DNA from: Porphyromonas sp.
GTDB lineage: Bacteria; Bacteroidota; Bacteroidia; Bacteroidales; Porphyromonadaceae
Reading direction: 5' to 3'
DNA: 64,000 nt
NCBI GenBank assembly: GCA_041854325.1
Contig: JBHACB010000093.1
Span: 2,346-66,345, forward strand
Shown: positions 48,804-59,416 of the stretch, in pieces
Layout: each line of letters opens with the position of its first letter
Numbering within the stretch: position 1 is the first letter of the stretch
Made by a program: the position numbers and the translations under genes
The notes under the pieces: generated by a model
What the model was told of the DNA's origin: nothing
Databases searched by the model: none
Seen by the model: only the letters and a program-made list of their open reading frames with translations

Positions 48804-49817
48804 TCAGGTGTGCTGGGCAAGGAGAGCGAGTAGCTCGCCGATGCTGTAGGCCTGCCAAACTCCCCTAGAGGTGGTGAGCTCCCAGCGATCGGCATAGGCG
48901 CGTACTAGGGGGAGGTGCCTACCTTGGTAGGGCTCTATACGATAGCCTTGGCGCGAGAGTGCGCGAGAGGCCCACAGATAGCTCACCCCCTCCCCCTCTA
49001 GGGCGATGAGGCGTGTATGCTCGGCACGAATGGCAAACTCGCCACGCTCTATGCTGTAGGTAAGCCTATCATTGCCGAAAGCGAGCTCAAGCATCCCACT
49101 TAGGGCAACGTCCTCGGGAACACCCATATGGAGGCTCCCTGTGCGATCCATGAGCCAGATGGTGTCGCCCCAGCTAAGCGCAAGATCGAGCTCGTGGGTG
49201 GAGACGAGGATGCTACGCCCCGTCTCTCTGGCGAGACGCCTTAGCATCAGGACAACCTCTAGGCGAGCAGAGAGGTCGAGGTGTGCCGTTGGCTCATCGA
49301 GGAGTATCAGAGGTGTCTCTTGGGCTAGAGCTCGGGCTATCATGGCTCGTTGCCGTTCGCCATCACTTAGCTCAGTCAGTAGCCTATGCTCCATGCCTTG
49401 GAGCCAACATTGGTCTATAGCCTCGTGCACTATGGCTTCATCACTATGGCTTAGCTTACCTAGATTGCCAGTGTAGGGGTATCGGCCTATGCGTACTACA
49501 TCGAGCACCGTCATGTTGTCGGTAGCGATGCGCTCGGTGAGCACTAGACTTAGGAGCTGTGCACGTGCTCTAGGCCTGAGGGTAGTGAGGTCGTGCCCAC
49601 CTACCAAGACCTGCCCCGATAGAGCTGGTAGCAGACCTGCTATCGTATGCATGAGGGTCGATTTGCCACTGCCATTGGGCCCCATCAGCATGACGAGTTC
49701 GCTCGGAGCTATAGTCCCTGAGAGCTCCTGCGATACGATGCGTTCGCCTCCTCGAGGCAGGCGGTAGCCCGTCGAGAGTCGGTGCATGTATAGACCGTTG
49801 TGACTGGGAGGCATCAT
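48804..49817 (-). CDS. ABC transporter ATP-binding protein (FecE/HmuV/BtuD type) with ~90-aa C-terminal extension
   Basis: Walker A GPNGSGKST, signature LSDGERQR, Walker B LILLDEPT. Confidence 0.85.
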   Translation of the reverse strand: MMPPSHNGLYMHRLSTGYRLPRGGERIVSQELSGTIAPSELVMLMGPNGSGKSTLMHTIAGLLPALSGQVLVGGHDLTTLRPRARAQLLSLVLTERIATDNMTVLDVVRIGRYPYTGNLGKLSHSDEAIVHEAIDQCWLQGMEHRLLTELSDGERQRAMIARALAQETPLILLDEPTAHLDLSARLEVVLMLRRLARETGRSILVSTHELDLALSWGDTIWLMDRTGSLHMGVPEDVALSGMLELAFGNDRLTYSIERGEFAIRAEHTRLIALEGEGVSYLWASRALSRQGYRIEPYQGRHLPLVRAYADRWELTTSRGVWQAYSIGELLALLAQHT

Positions 49818-49827
49818 CTTGGCTGGT

Positions 49828-50859
49828 TTATAGAGTAGAGCGGGCGGAGCTACTACGCATCACGATACCGATGATCACCGGGGCTCCAATGAGCGATGTA
49901 AGGGCGTTGATAGGTAGTGCGACGCCATACCCCGGTAGCTGTGTGAGCATATCGCATACGAGCAGAAGCAGAGCACCTGAGAGCATGGTAGCAGGGATGA
50001 GTGCACGATGGTCGGAGCTACGTACCAAGAGGCGTACGAAGTGAGGTACAGCGATGCCAAGGAAGGCGATAGGCCCTGTGAAGGCCGTGATGCTCCCAGC
50101 GAGGAGGCTGGTGATCCCTATGAGTATGAGGCGTACAGCCCCGACGTTGATCCCTACCGATCGGGCATAACGCTCGCCTAGAGCAAGGGCATTCATGGGC
50201 TTGGGCATAGCGAGGGAGACTAGGAGCCCTAGAGCCACGAGGGGTAGCAGGATCTGTAGCTGGCTCCAAGTGGTAGAGGAGACACTGCCAAAGGACCACA
50301 GCAGATAGGTCTTGAGAGCCTCTTCATCGCTGACAAACTGCAAGATAGAGATAAGCGCACTTGCCAAGAACCCAACCATAACGCCCACGATGAGCAGTGA
50401 GATGACCTGCCTCACCCTGCTAGCAACAGCGACAATGAGCAGGAGCACCACTAGAGCACCTATGCACGCAGAGGCGATGATACCCCACGTGGACACTCCG
50501 TTGGCGAAGAGACCTACCGAGGGAAAGAGGGTATAGGCCATGGTGTACACTGCGACCCCTACCCCTGCACCACTATTGATCCCTAGGATAGATGTGTCGG
50601 CTAGAGGATTGTGAAATAGGCTCTGCATTTGCATCCCAGCGATAGCTATACCAGCTCCTGAGATGAGGGCTGTGAGGGCCTTGGGCAGGCGCACATGGTG
50701 TACGATGTAGGATGCTGTGCTCTCACCGTCGGTACCGACCAAGGCACGCCATACATCGCTAGGTGATATAGCTACCGCTCCCCACATCAGATCGAGAACG
50801 AAAGCAAGGGCGACAAGTAGCCCTAGGGCGATCAAGATTAGTCGGGTGCGTAACGTCAT
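49828..50859 (-). CDS. FecCD/BtuC-family ABC permease
   Basis: 343 aa and polytopic, with typical iron-siderophore/heme/B12 permease composition. Confidence 0.85.
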   Translation of the reverse strand: MTLRTRLILIALGLLVALAFVLDLMWGAVAISPSDVWRALVGTDGESTASYIVHHVRLPKALTALISGAGIAIAGMQMQSLFHNPLADTSILGINSGAGVGVAVYTMAYTLFPSVGLFANGVSTWGIIASACIGALVVLLLIVAVASRVRQVISLLIVGVMVGFLASALISILQFVSDEEALKTYLLWSFGSVSSTTWSQLQILLPLVALGLLVSLAMPKPMNALALGERYARSVGINVGAVRLILIGITSLLAGSITAFTGPIAFLGIAVPHFVRLLVRSSDHRALIPATMLSGALLLLVCDMLTQLPGYGVALPINALTSLIGAPVIIGIVMRSSSARSTL

Positions 50860-52055
50860 CGCTCAAGCTCTTGCCAATAGGTGGTCGGGTAGTCGGGTAG
50901 TAGATGTGGACGTGATATCTTGACGAGATCCTTGAGTATGAGGTCGGGGTGATAGAGCCCACTCTCCCACAGGTCGTTGCCTCCACGTGCGTTGAGACGC
51001 TTGTTGTCGGCCCATACGCGCCCTATCTGGGTAGCGTCAAGGTCGGCATAGCGTTCGTTAAGCTCCAAGAATTGCTTTAGGGTGCATATCGGCCCTACAG
51101 GCATCGTTAGCCATATCTTCTTGTGCCTATGCCGGCCAAAGATATACTCGAAGCTCATCGGTTTGCTGTCCACTTGCCCCTTGATGCAGTCGTAGACCAG
51201 ACCGGCATCCGACAGCATCTGCGTGACGTACGAGTGTTCGCCAGGCACGTACCATAGCCCCTTGTAGTCTTGCCCATAGAGCACCTCGATAGTATCTCCC
51301 TCAGAGGCGACTAGATGCTTGACCTCTTGGTATCGGCGTGTCATCTGAGCAAAGGCTTCGTCGGCTAGCTTATTACGTCCGAAGAGCAGCCCGATCACTT
51401 TGAGCCATTCGGCGCGTCCTAGGAGGCTTTGTTCTTTCCAGTTGTTGTAGTAGACGATGTTGATACCCGAGGCTACGAGATCTTGATCCTTGTCTGTAGC
51501 ACTGTAGAGATCCTGGAGTAGCACATCGGGGCGTACCCCGATGAGATGCTCGATGCTACGACTCATGCCACGCCCTATCTCCTCGACCTGGCCTGCCTCG
51601 ATGCGCTGCCGTATGGTGCTATCGCTGATGTAGTCGAGATTGGTGCATGCTACGAGCTTATCGCAGAGGTCTAGTATCGGTAGTGCTCCCACCTCGGTAG
51701 AGGTGAGGCAGGCGAGCCTCTGGCAGGGTACGCTGATGTAGGCCGAAGGGGTACGCCCTAGCTCGGGTCGCTCCTCTCCTCGTGGGTAGAGGATATAGGA
51801 GGCGAGGGTATCGGTCGCCCCAGGGGTAAAGAGGATAAGCTCCTTGTACTTGGTATGATTGACCACATCGAAGCCCACGGCATGCTCTACCTGCACCTCG
51901 TGGGCGAAGTCAAGGCTATCGACTTCGGTCGAGGCTTTATGGGCTGTGGAGCTTGCTTGGCCTCGGCCTTGGCAGGCACTTAGGCCTAGTACGGCTACTA
52001 GGGATACCACGCCTGCGTGGCACAATGCCCTAACGGGAAGAGAGAATAGCTTCAT
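50856..52055 (-). CDS. Periplasmic-binding lipoprotein of the iron/heme/corrinoid ABC class
   Basis: Lipobox LGLSAC, and its 3' end overlaps the permease start by 4 nt. The substrate cannot be determined from sequence. Confidence 0.7.
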   Translation of the reverse strand: MKLFSLPVRALCHAGVVSLVAVLGLSACQGRGQASSTAHKASTEVDSLDFAHEVQVEHAVGFDVVNHTKYKELILFTPGATDTLASYILYPRGEERPELGRTPSAYISVPCQRLACLTSTEVGALPILDLCDKLVACTNLDYISDSTIRQRIEAGQVEEIGRGMSRSIEHLIGVRPDVLLQDLYSATDKDQDLVASGINIVYYNNWKEQSLLGRAEWLKVIGLLFGRNKLADEAFAQMTRRYQEVKHLVASEGDTIEVLYGQDYKGLWYVPGEHSYVTQMLSDAGLVYDCIKGQVDSKPMSFEYIFGRHRHKKIWLTMPVGPICTLKQFLELNERYADLDATQIGRVWADNKRLNARGGNDLWESGLYHPDLILKDLVKISRPHLLPDYPTTYWQELER

Positions 52056-52124
52056 TTCGTCATACAGAGCATCTCTGGGGCAGATGCTCGCACATAGTTC
52101 AGTTTTCGTATCCTAATCGTACAG

Positions 52125-52132
52125 CAAATATA
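52125..52132 (-). promoter_or_regulatory. -7 box TATATTTG (minus strand) upstream of the ABC operon
   Basis: TAnnTTTG match, 70 nt upstream of ATG 52055. Confidence 0.45.
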
Positions 52133-52218
52133 GCTATTAATATTGACTGAAGTGGAGACTGCATATCGGCCGACAGGGGGAAAGTACTAGAAATAAGTTA
52201 GCCCTATAGCTGGTCGTC

Positions 52219-52298
52219 AAAAAAGCCTAGGGTGAACGAGGTGTTCCCCCTAGGGCGAACGCCTCGTTCGCCCTAGGGGGAAAATGCGTCAGCCCTAT
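52219..52298. repeat. CCTAGGGTGAACG-family repeat, copy E (most complete core)
   Basis: AAAAAAGCCTAGGGTGAACGAGGTGTTCCCCCTAGGGCGAACGCCTCGTTCGCCCTAGGGGGAAAATGCGTCAGCCCTAT. Confidence 0.9.
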
Positions 52299-52417
52299 AC
52301 CTGCCGAGACGAAGGTTGGATACCGTCTCTAGAGTGTATCTTCTCCATGTGCTCCCTTTGCTCTCCCTCTGCTCTCGCCACCCTTAGAGACATTGCACTA
52401 GATCTCGGATTGTACCG

Positions 52418-52425
52418 TATCTTTG
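52418..52425 (+). promoter_or_regulatory. -7 box TATCTTTG upstream of gmd
   Basis: TAnnTTTG match, 90 nt upstream of the ATG. Confidence 0.4.
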
Positions 52426-52514
52426 TAGTCAGAATTGCAAACAAAGGATGCGCCCGATACCATGGCCCGATGAGCCAGCTGTGGTAGAGGCTGAATAATA
52501 AGTATTGATAGGAG

Positions 52515-53663
52515 ATGAAGAAAGCATTGATCACGGGGGTAACGGGCCAAGATGGCGCATACCTATCGGAATATTTGCTACGCCTAGGCTATGAGGTACA
52601 TGGCATCAAGCGTCGTAGCTCGCTGTTCAACACCCAGCGCATAGACCACCTCTACCAAGATCCGCATGAGGAGAACCGCAACTTCTTCCTGCACTATGGC
52701 GATCTATCCGACTCGATGAACATCACCCGCATCATCAAGGAGGTACAGCCCGATGAGATCTACAACCTCGGTGCCATGAGCCACGTCAAGGTGAGCTTCG
52801 AGAGCCCCGAGTACACAGCCGATGTGGATGCTATCGGTACCCTACGAGTACTAGAGGCTGTACGTCTACTCGGTCTCGAGCACAGGGCTCGTATCTATCA
52901 GGCCTCCACTAGCGAGCTCTACGGCCTAGTGCAGGAGGTGCCTCAGAGGGAGACAACACCATTCTATCCCCGTAGCCCCTATGCCTGTGCCAAGCTCTAC
53001 GCCTACTGGATTACGGTCAACTATCGAGAGGCCTACGGCATGCATGCTAGCAACGGCATCCTATTCAATCACGAGTCACCTCTGCGTGGCGAGACTTTCG
53101 TAACGCGCAAGATCACACGTAGCGTTAGCCGTATCGCCCTAGGGCTACTAGGCAAGCTCTATCTCGGCAACCTCTCGGCCAAGCGAGACTGGGGGCATGC
53201 CAAGGACTATGTACGCTCGATGCACCTCATCCTACAGCAGCCCACGGGCGACGACTACGTCGTAGCCACTGGCCACACGACAGAGGTGCGTGAGTTCACA
53301 CGACTCGCCTTTGCCGAGGTCGGCATCACTGTGGCCTTCGAGGGTGAGGGAGTGAGTGAAGTAGGGCGCCTAGTAGCAGTAGATGCCGATCGCTTCGCTA
53401 CGGCGGTAGGTATAGAGTATCTCGAGGCTATTAAGCGTCGCATAGGGCAGGAAGTCGTAGCGGTCGATCCTGCTTATTTCCGCCCCACGGAGGTAGACCT
53501 ACTGCTCGGTGACCCAACCAAGGCAATGACGAAGCTCGGCTGGAAGCCAGAGTATCAGCTCCCCGATATCGTGGCCGATATGATGCAGAGTGATGTACGC
53601 TTGATGAAGAAAGATACCTACCTACAGGCAGGCGGCTTCGCTATCAAGAACTACTACGAATGA
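52515..53663 (+). CDS. gmd: GDP-mannose 4,6-dehydratase
   Basis: [19 protein letters not shown], and [10 protein letters not shown] (YxxxK). Confidence 0.95.
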   Translation: MKKALITGVTGQDGAYLSEYLLRLGYEVHGIKRRSSLFNTQRIDHLYQDPHEENRNFFLHYGDLSDSMNITRIIKEVQPDEIYNLGAMSHVKVSFESPEYTADVDAIGTLRVLEAVRLLGLEHRARIYQASTSELYGLVQEVPQRETTPFYPRSPYACAKLYAYWITVNYREAYGMHASNGILFNHESPLRGETFVTRKITRSVSRIALGLLGKLYLGNLSAKRDWGHAKDYVRSMHLILQQPTGDDYVVATGHTTEVREFTRLAFAEVGITVAFEGEGVSEVGRLVAVDADRFATAVGIEYLEAIKRRIGQEVVAVDPAYFRPTEVDLLLGDPTKAMTKLGWKPEYQLPDIVADMMQSDVRLMKKDTYLQAGGFAIKNYYE

Positions 53664-54748
53664 GCCCTATGGAGCTAGACGCCAAGATTTATGTCGCAGG
53701 ACACCGAGGGCTCGTAGGCTCTGCTATATGGCATGCCCTCGAGAAGGCTGGCTATACACACCTCATAGGGCGAACTCATGCCGAGCTCGACCTCGTGGAT
53801 GCAGTCGCTGTACGTGCTTTCTTCGAGCACGAACGCCCCGAGTACGTCTTCCTCGCTGCTGCATACGTGGGGGGCATTATGGCTAACCATACGATGCGAG
53901 CCGACTTCATCACTCGCAACCTCGCCATACAGCTCAACGTCATGAGCGAGAGCCACCGCTGTGGTGTACGCAAGCTCCTCTTCCTCGGTAGCACCTGCAT
54001 CTACCCTCGCGAGGCTCCTCAGCCTATGAGTGAGGACTGTCTGCTCACCTCACCTCTAGAGTACACCAATGAGCCCTATGCCGTCGCCAAGATAGCTGGG
54101 CTCAAGATGTGCGAGAGCTACAACCTACAGTATGGGACTAACTTCATCGCCTGTATGCCCACCAACTTGTACGGGCCACGAGACAACTTTGACCTCGATC
54201 ATAGCCACGTCCTCCCAGCCATGGTGCGCAAGATGCACCTAGCCAAGGCCCTGCGCCTAGGGCAGTGGGAGATCGTACGGCGAGACCTAGCCCTGCGCCC
54301 GCTTAGGCACCTGCCCGACGTGGATACTCTAGATAATGAGGCGATAGCTAGGGCTCTGCATGAGCACTATGGTGTGTCGGGTACGGGCGTTGTACTCTGG
54401 GGTACGGGACTCCCTAGGCGTGAGTTTCTATGGAGCGAGGATATGGCCGCGGCCTGCCTGCATCTGATGCAGCATGTAGACTTCGAGGATCTTAAACCAA
54501 CCAAGGGCGAGGTGCGCAACTGCCATATCAACATCGGCACCGGTATCGACCTCAGCATTGCAGAGCTCGCCGAGTTGATTAGACAGGAGGTTGGCTTCGA
54601 GGGAGAGATACGCTTCGATACGACCAAGCCCGATGGTACCATGCGCAAGCTCACCGATCCCAGTCGTCTGCATCGGCTCGGCTGGCACCACACGGTAGAG
54701 CTCGAGCAGGGTATAGCACGCCTCTATCGCTGGTACCTCGAGGAGTAG
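53660..54748 (+). CDS. fcl: GDP-L-fucose synthase
   Basis: [21 protein letters not shown] (YxxxK), and ATGA overlap with gmd. Confidence 0.9.
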   Translation: MSPMELDAKIYVAGHRGLVGSAIWHALEKAGYTHLIGRTHAELDLVDAVAVRAFFEHERPEYVFLAAAYVGGIMANHTMRADFITRNLAIQLNVMSESHRCGVRKLLFLGSTCIYPREAPQPMSEDCLLTSPLEYTNEPYAVAKIAGLKMCESYNLQYGTNFIACMPTNLYGPRDNFDLDHSHVLPAMVRKMHLAKALRLGQWEIVRRDLALRPLRHLPDVDTLDNEAIARALHEHYGVSGTGVVLWGTGLPRREFLWSEDMAAACLHLMQHVDFEDLKPTKGEVRNCHINIGTGIDLSIAELAELIRQEVGFEGEIRFDTTKPDGTMRKLTDPSRLHRLGWHHTVELEQGIARLYRWYLEE

Positions 54749-54761
54749 CTCTCCTCTCGCT

Positions 54762-54823
54762 CATACCACAAGCACGACACCCTCGTAGAACTATATCTAC
54801 GAGGGTGTCGTGCTTGTGGTATG
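54762..54823. terminator. Perfect 28-bp stem hairpin between convergent fcl and nadE
   Basis: CATACCACAAGCACGACACCCTCGTAGA / ACTATA / TCTACGAGGGTGTCGTGCTTGTGGTATG. Confidence 0.65.
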
Positions 54824-54834
54824 TACCTATCCTA

Positions 54835-56772
54835 TTACTTCTCAGGTAGTCGCTCGATCTCCTCAAGCCAACCCTTGGCTACGGCATCGCTAGGCATACG
54901 CCAGTCGCCTCGAGGAGAGAGGCTGATGCGGCTAACCTTGGGGCCGTCGGGCATACAGTTGCGCTTGAACTGCTGAGCGAAGAAGCGGCGATAAAACTCC
55001 CGCATCCATCGCTTGATCTCTACCAACGTGTATTTGTCGGCAAACGCTACGCTTGCTAGGTAGTGTATCTTGCTGGGCGTGTAGCCATAGGCAAGGAAGT
55101 TGTACATGAAGAAGTCGTGTAGCTCATAGGGCCCGACGACGTCCTCGGTGCGCTGAGTTAGTTCACCCTCGGTACTTGGTTTTAGTTCGGGGCTAATAGG
55201 CGTATCGAGGATGTCTGCCAGCACAGCACTTACCTCCGTGCCGAAGCGGTTCGTACTCGCTACATAGCGCACGATATGCTGTATAGACGTCTTGAGTAGC
55301 CCGCTATTGATCGCATACATCGACATGTGGTCGCCTCCATAGGTACACCATCCGAGGGCTAGCTCCGATAGGTCGCCAGTGCCTATTACTATGCCATTCA
55401 CTTGATTGGCTATATCCATAAGTATCTGTGTCCGCTCACGTGCTTGGCTGTTTTCATAGGTCGTATCGTGCACGCTGGAGTCGTGGTTGATGTCACGGAA
55501 GTGCTGGCCTATCGCGGCTGTAATGTCTATATCGCGGATAGTGATACCAAGTGCCTGCATTAGGGTATGCGCATTGGTATGTGTGCGCTGCGAGGTGCCA
55601 GGGCCAGGCATGGTGACGCCTATGATACCACTCCTATCTAGGCCTAGGAAATCGAATGTAGCCACCGTGGCGAGGAGGGCAAGAGCCGAATCTAGCCCCC
55701 CCGAGATGCCGACGACGGCAGTGCGTGTGCCGATGTGATTGAGGCGCTGGCTAAGGGCGCAGATCTGCATATCTAGAACCTCGGCACAGCGTTCCTCTCT
55801 CTGGTCGAGAGGCAGGAACGGATTGGGCTCTATGTGGCGCGTGATGTCGCCCGACTCCTCTGCCGAGCGTAGTGCGAATGGGATCTCCGTCAGTAGCCCC
55901 CTCTGTGTATGATCCGATACCGATGCACGGAAGCTGCTGTTCTGTAGGCGTTCGCTCTGTATGCGACCCACGTCTATATCATTGACGAGTAGACGCTCGG
56001 CATAGACAAAGCGTGGCATCTCCTCGACGATACGGCCAATCTCGGCCACGAAAGCCTTGCCCGTATAGACGACATCGGTAGAGCTCTCGCCATAGCCACA
56101 CGAGCAGTAGACGTAGCCACACAGGTCTTGGCTAGAGAGTCCACTAATGAGCGAGCGCAGATAGGCATGCTTGCCTATGCTTTCGTTACTGGCTGATAGG
56201 TTGAATATGATATGTGCACCATAGAGTGCTAGACGAGTACCAGGGGTGTAGGGCGTCCACATATCCTCGCAGATCTCAATACCTATAGCCACGTCGCTGG
56301 CCCTAAAGAGCAGATTGTGCCCGATAGGGACTTCGTATCCACCGATGCGTGCCATCGTAAACTGGAGGTCGCGAGCCGATGAGAACCAACGAGCTTCTTG
56401 AAACTCCCGATAGTTGGGCAGGTAAGTCTTGGGGATAGCCCCAAGCATCTGACCACTCTGGAAGGCTACGGCCGCATTGAAGAGCTTCTCCTCGACCTTG
56501 ACAGGCATTCCCACCAATACCATCACCCGCGTGTGTGCTGTGCGCTTGACTAGCTCTACTAACGCCTGCTCGGCCTGCTCGATGAGGAAGGGCTGGAGGA
56601 AGAGGTCTCCACAGGTGTAGCCCGTGATGGACAACTCGGGAAATGTAACAATCTCTACGCCACGATGATCTGCGTCTACGATCATGCGCTCAATGCGCTC
56701 GATGTTGTAGAAACAGTCGGCAACTCTTACGAAGGGGACAGCGGCTGCCACCTTGACAAATCCATGCTTCAT
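54835..56772 (-). CDS. nadE: Glutamine-dependent NAD+ synthetase
   Basis: N-terminal nitrilase-type domain (EICEDMW) plus a C-terminal synthetase domain (GISGGLDS). Start placed at ATG 56772. Confidence 0.9.
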   Translation of the reverse strand: MKHGFVKVAAAVPFVRVADCFYNIERIERMIVDADHRGVEIVTFPELSITGYTCGDLFLQPFLIEQAEQALVELVKRTAHTRVMVLVGMPVKVEEKLFNAAVAFQSGQMLGAIPKTYLPNYREFQEARWFSSARDLQFTMARIGGYEVPIGHNLLFRASDVAIGIEICEDMWTPYTPGTRLALYGAHIIFNLSASNESIGKHAYLRSLISGLSSQDLCGYVYCSCGYGESSTDVVYTGKAFVAEIGRIVEEMPRFVYAERLLVNDIDVGRIQSERLQNSSFRASVSDHTQRGLLTEIPFALRSAEESGDITRHIEPNPFLPLDQREERCAEVLDMQICALSQRLNHIGTRTAVVGISGGLDSALALLATVATFDFLGLDRSGIIGVTMPGPGTSQRTHTNAHTLMQALGITIRDIDITAAIGQHFRDINHDSSVHDTTYENSQARERTQILMDIANQVNGIVIGTGDLSELALGWCTYGGDHMSMYAINSGLLKTSIQHIVRYVASTNRFGTEVSAVLADILDTPISPELKPSTEGELTQRTEDVVGPYELHDFFMYNFLAYGYTPSKIHYLASVAFADKYTLVEIKRWMREFYRRFFAQQFKRNCMPDGPKVSRISLSPRGDWRMPSDAVAKGWLEEIERLPEK

Positions 56773-56799
56773 ATCACATAGTATATTGAAATGACTAGA

Positions 56800-56807
56800 C
56801 AAATGTA
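56800..56807 (-). promoter_or_regulatory. -7 box TACATTTG (minus strand) upstream of nadE
   Basis: TAnnTTTG match, 28 nt upstream of the ATG. Confidence 0.45.
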
Positions 56808-56952
56808 CTCAATCCTTGCGATACTGCACACTATGTCTAGCATATTGTGATGATAGGCTATCATATCGATCGAGCCGAGCATAGTAAGAGGCTAGAGAAG
56901 GCATTCGGTGAGCTATGGAGGAATACCTCTAGGGGGTGGTATAGACAGAGGC

Positions 56953-56990
56953 GCGGGGAGCAGTCGAGCCTAGGCTCGACTGCTCCCCGC
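56953..56990 (-). terminator. 38-nt perfect palindrome downstream of the GHL10 gene
   Basis: GCGGGGAGCAGTCGAGCCTAGGCTCGACTGCTCCCCGC. Confidence 0.6.
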
Positions 56991-57011
56991 TCCTTGTAGG
57001 ATGGGCCAAAG

Positions 57012-58550
57012 CTAGAGACGCACCTTAATCTTGTAAGGCTTGCTCTCCTGCCAAAAGCGATTGACCGCTGTAACGAGGAATGTATACTCGGTACGCCCAT
57101 TGACTCTAGGGAGGCGGTACGAGGCTTCGGTCGATATGCTAACGATATTGGCCGATTTCTTAACGCTGGGCTTGTCATCAGGCGCAAAGCCGTAGACAAC
57201 GTAGAAGAATGGGCTCTCGGGGTCGGCATTGATGCGTTCGTCTTGCCACATCAGCAGATGGCCGTCTTCGTTGCGATCTTCCCACACGACCGTTATCGGC
57301 TTGGGGGCTCGTGTCTTGCCTAGAGGCCCTCGGTACTCGGGGAGCAAGGCACGATAACGCTGATAAACCTCTCGGAGCTGTTCGCCTGCGCCCTTGTAAT
57401 TGCGCACAAGCTCATCGCCAGGCCAGAAGATGTTGCCGTCGGCATACCCACGGCTCAGAAGTATCTTGGCATCGAGCTGATCGGCATCCATCGTTCGCTT
57501 GACGTCCTGCCCTATGTAGAGCTGTACGCGCTTGTTCTTGAGATGTTTGTCCCACCAGCGCACAAGGACGTCGTAGTCGGCAATAGTGTGGCCGATGTTC
57601 CAGTAGATCTGAGGGGCGACATAGTCGACCCAGCCCTCGTTGGCCCAGTGTAGCACATCGGCATATAGGTCATCGTAGCACTGTAGCCCTGCAGTACGAC
57701 TACCTCTCTTAGGGTCGGTAGAGGCATTACGATAGATACCGAAAGGGCTCACCCCTAGGCGTACCCAAGGCTTGGTGCTGAGCAGTGTCTGACGGATCTC
57801 GTAGACGAGCAGATTGATATTGTCTCGGCGCCAGCGATCCTTGTCGCCGGGGCTGTAACCTGCCGTGATACCATACCGAGCAAAAGAGGCTTCATCGGGA
57901 AAGGGCTCGCCCTTGATGGGGTAGGGGTAGAAGTAGTCATCGATGTGCAGAGCATCAAAGTCGTAGCGTGATACGAGATCTTGGACTATCTTGGCTACGT
58001 AGCGACGCCCCTCAGGAATACCTGGATCGAGGATGAGCTGCTTGGCATAGGTGACGAACCACTCGGGATGGCGACTAGCAGGGTGATTGCTCGCTAGCTT
58101 GGTGGCCACATTGCTCGCCCCTCGAAAGGGGTTGATCCACGCATGGAGCTCCATACCTCGCCTATGGCACTCCTCGATGACGAAGGCCAATGGATCCCAA
58201 TCTTCGCTAGGAGCAACGCCTTGTGTCCCTGTGAAGAAACGACTCCAAGGCTCATGACTGCTGCGGTACCAAGCATCGCTCTCGGCTCGTACCTGAAAGA
58301 GTACCACATTGCACCCCATGCGGTGGAGTAGCTCAATGCGATCGCTTAGCCGTCTGCGCCCCTCGGTACGACTAAGACCTGTATATTCACTGCGGTAGAT
58401 AGTCGGCAACCAGGCCCCACGAAACTCCCGCTTGGGAGCCTGAGAGCGTTCGAGAGCTGTACCTCGTCCTCGAGAGGTAGCACAGCTCACTATCGAGAGT
58501 AGAAGCAATAGCCCGAGGGCTAGATAGGGAGTGCGGAGGAGAGCTTTCAT
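57012..58550 (-). CDS. GHL10 (DUF187) glycoside-hydrolase-like lipoprotein
   Basis: Lipobox SIVSC and the FRGAWLPTI start of a TIM-barrel domain typical of the family 10-like hydrolases. Confidence 0.65.
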   Translation of the reverse strand: MKALLRTPYLALGLLLLLSIVSCATSRGRGTALERSQAPKREFRGAWLPTIYRSEYTGLSRTEGRRRLSDRIELLHRMGCNVVLFQVRAESDAWYRSSHEPWSRFFTGTQGVAPSEDWDPLAFVIEECHRRGMELHAWINPFRGASNVATKLASNHPASRHPEWFVTYAKQLILDPGIPEGRRYVAKIVQDLVSRYDFDALHIDDYFYPYPIKGEPFPDEASFARYGITAGYSPGDKDRWRRDNINLLVYEIRQTLLSTKPWVRLGVSPFGIYRNASTDPKRGSRTAGLQCYDDLYADVLHWANEGWVDYVAPQIYWNIGHTIADYDVLVRWWDKHLKNKRVQLYIGQDVKRTMDADQLDAKILLSRGYADGNIFWPGDELVRNYKGAGEQLREVYQRYRALLPEYRGPLGKTRAPKPITVVWEDRNEDGHLLMWQDERINADPESPFFYVVYGFAPDDKPSVKKSANIVSISTEASYRLPRVNGRTEYTFLVTAVNRFWQESKPYKIKVRL

Positions 58551-58556
58551 TATTGA

Positions 58557-59414
58557 TCAGAAGTAGACAGAGTAGAAGACAATATGCTTCAAAACGATGG
58601 ACACGAGATGTAGCATAGGTAGGACAAAGAGGACGCTATCTATGCGGTCTAGGATCCCCCCATGCCCAGGTATGATGTTGCCAGAGTCCTTGACACCAGC
58701 ATTGCGCTTGAGCATCGACTCGAAGAGGTCGCCCCATGTGGCGAACACTGAGATCAGCCCACCGATAATGATAGTATAGCAGGCCGAGAGGTCTAGATAT
58801 ACCGAAGTATTGCTAGAGATGATTTGGGAGAGGATATAGAGTGCTAGAATGGAGGCGATCATTCCTCCGAAGAAGCCCTCCCAACTCTTCTTGGGCGAGA
58901 CGCTCGGGAAGAGCTTGTGCTTACCGAAAGCCGACCCCGCGAGGTAGGCTCCAGTATCGTTGGCCCAGATGCATACGAAAGCAGGTAGGAGTAGGCTGCC
59001 ACCTACGTATGTATCGGTATCGAGCAGTAGGATGGCACTAGCCAACGGTAGAGCGACATAGATCTGCCCAAGAAACGTCTTCGCGAGCTCCTCAGGCATC
59101 AGCTCACGTGCCGAGTAGATAGAGCGTACGAAGACGAAAGTCAAGTAGAGCAGATAGGGTAGCGAGATAATGGGGTTGCCACCGACATAGAAGATCACTA
59201 CTAGATAGACGCCAGCGAGGCCATCGAGGATGGTGCGCAGGGGCCTAGTGCGGTTGAGACCTACTAGGCTAGAATACTCGCATATCCCGATGAAGGCTAG
59301 TAGAGAGAAGACTGTGAGATACAGGGTAGGGTTGTCGAGCAGTATAGCTGCCAAGATTAGCCCGACGTAGAGCGCACCAAACACGGTGCGCTTGATTAGG
59401 TTGCTCATATCCAT
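58557..59414 (-). CDS. cdsA: Phosphatidate cytidylyltransferase
   Basis: Polytopic, with the C-terminal signature SMLKRNAGVKDSGNIIPGHGGILDRIDS. Confidence 0.9.
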   Translation of the reverse strand: MDMSNLIKRTVFGALYVGLILAAILLDNPTLYLTVFSLLAFIGICEYSSLVGLNRTRPLRTILDGLAGVYLVVIFYVGGNPIISLPYLLYLTFVFVRSIYSARELMPEELAKTFLGQIYVALPLASAILLLDTDTYVGGSLLLPAFVCIWANDTGAYLAGSAFGKHKLFPSVSPKKSWEGFFGGMIASILALYILSQIISSNTSVYLDLSACYTIIIGGLISVFATWGDLFESMLKRNAGVKDSGNIIPGHGGILDRIDSVLFVLPMLHLVSIVLKHIVFYSVYF

Positions 59415-59416
59415 GT

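Noticed and set aside
52056-52218. Cobalamin riboswitch upstream of the BtuCDF-like ABC operon.
   Set aside because: The -7 box at 52125-52132 leaves only a ~70-nt leader. I could not find a B12-box-like core on the minus strand. The GACTGAAGTGGAGACTGCA string is on the wrong strand.
52284-52487. 67-aa ORF starting at the ATG inside the repeat motif AAAATGCGTCAGCCC.
   Set aside because: The ATG is part of the repeat consensus and is present in non-coding copies in both orientations. The downstream frame crosses the gmd promoter, and the peptide has no conserved features.
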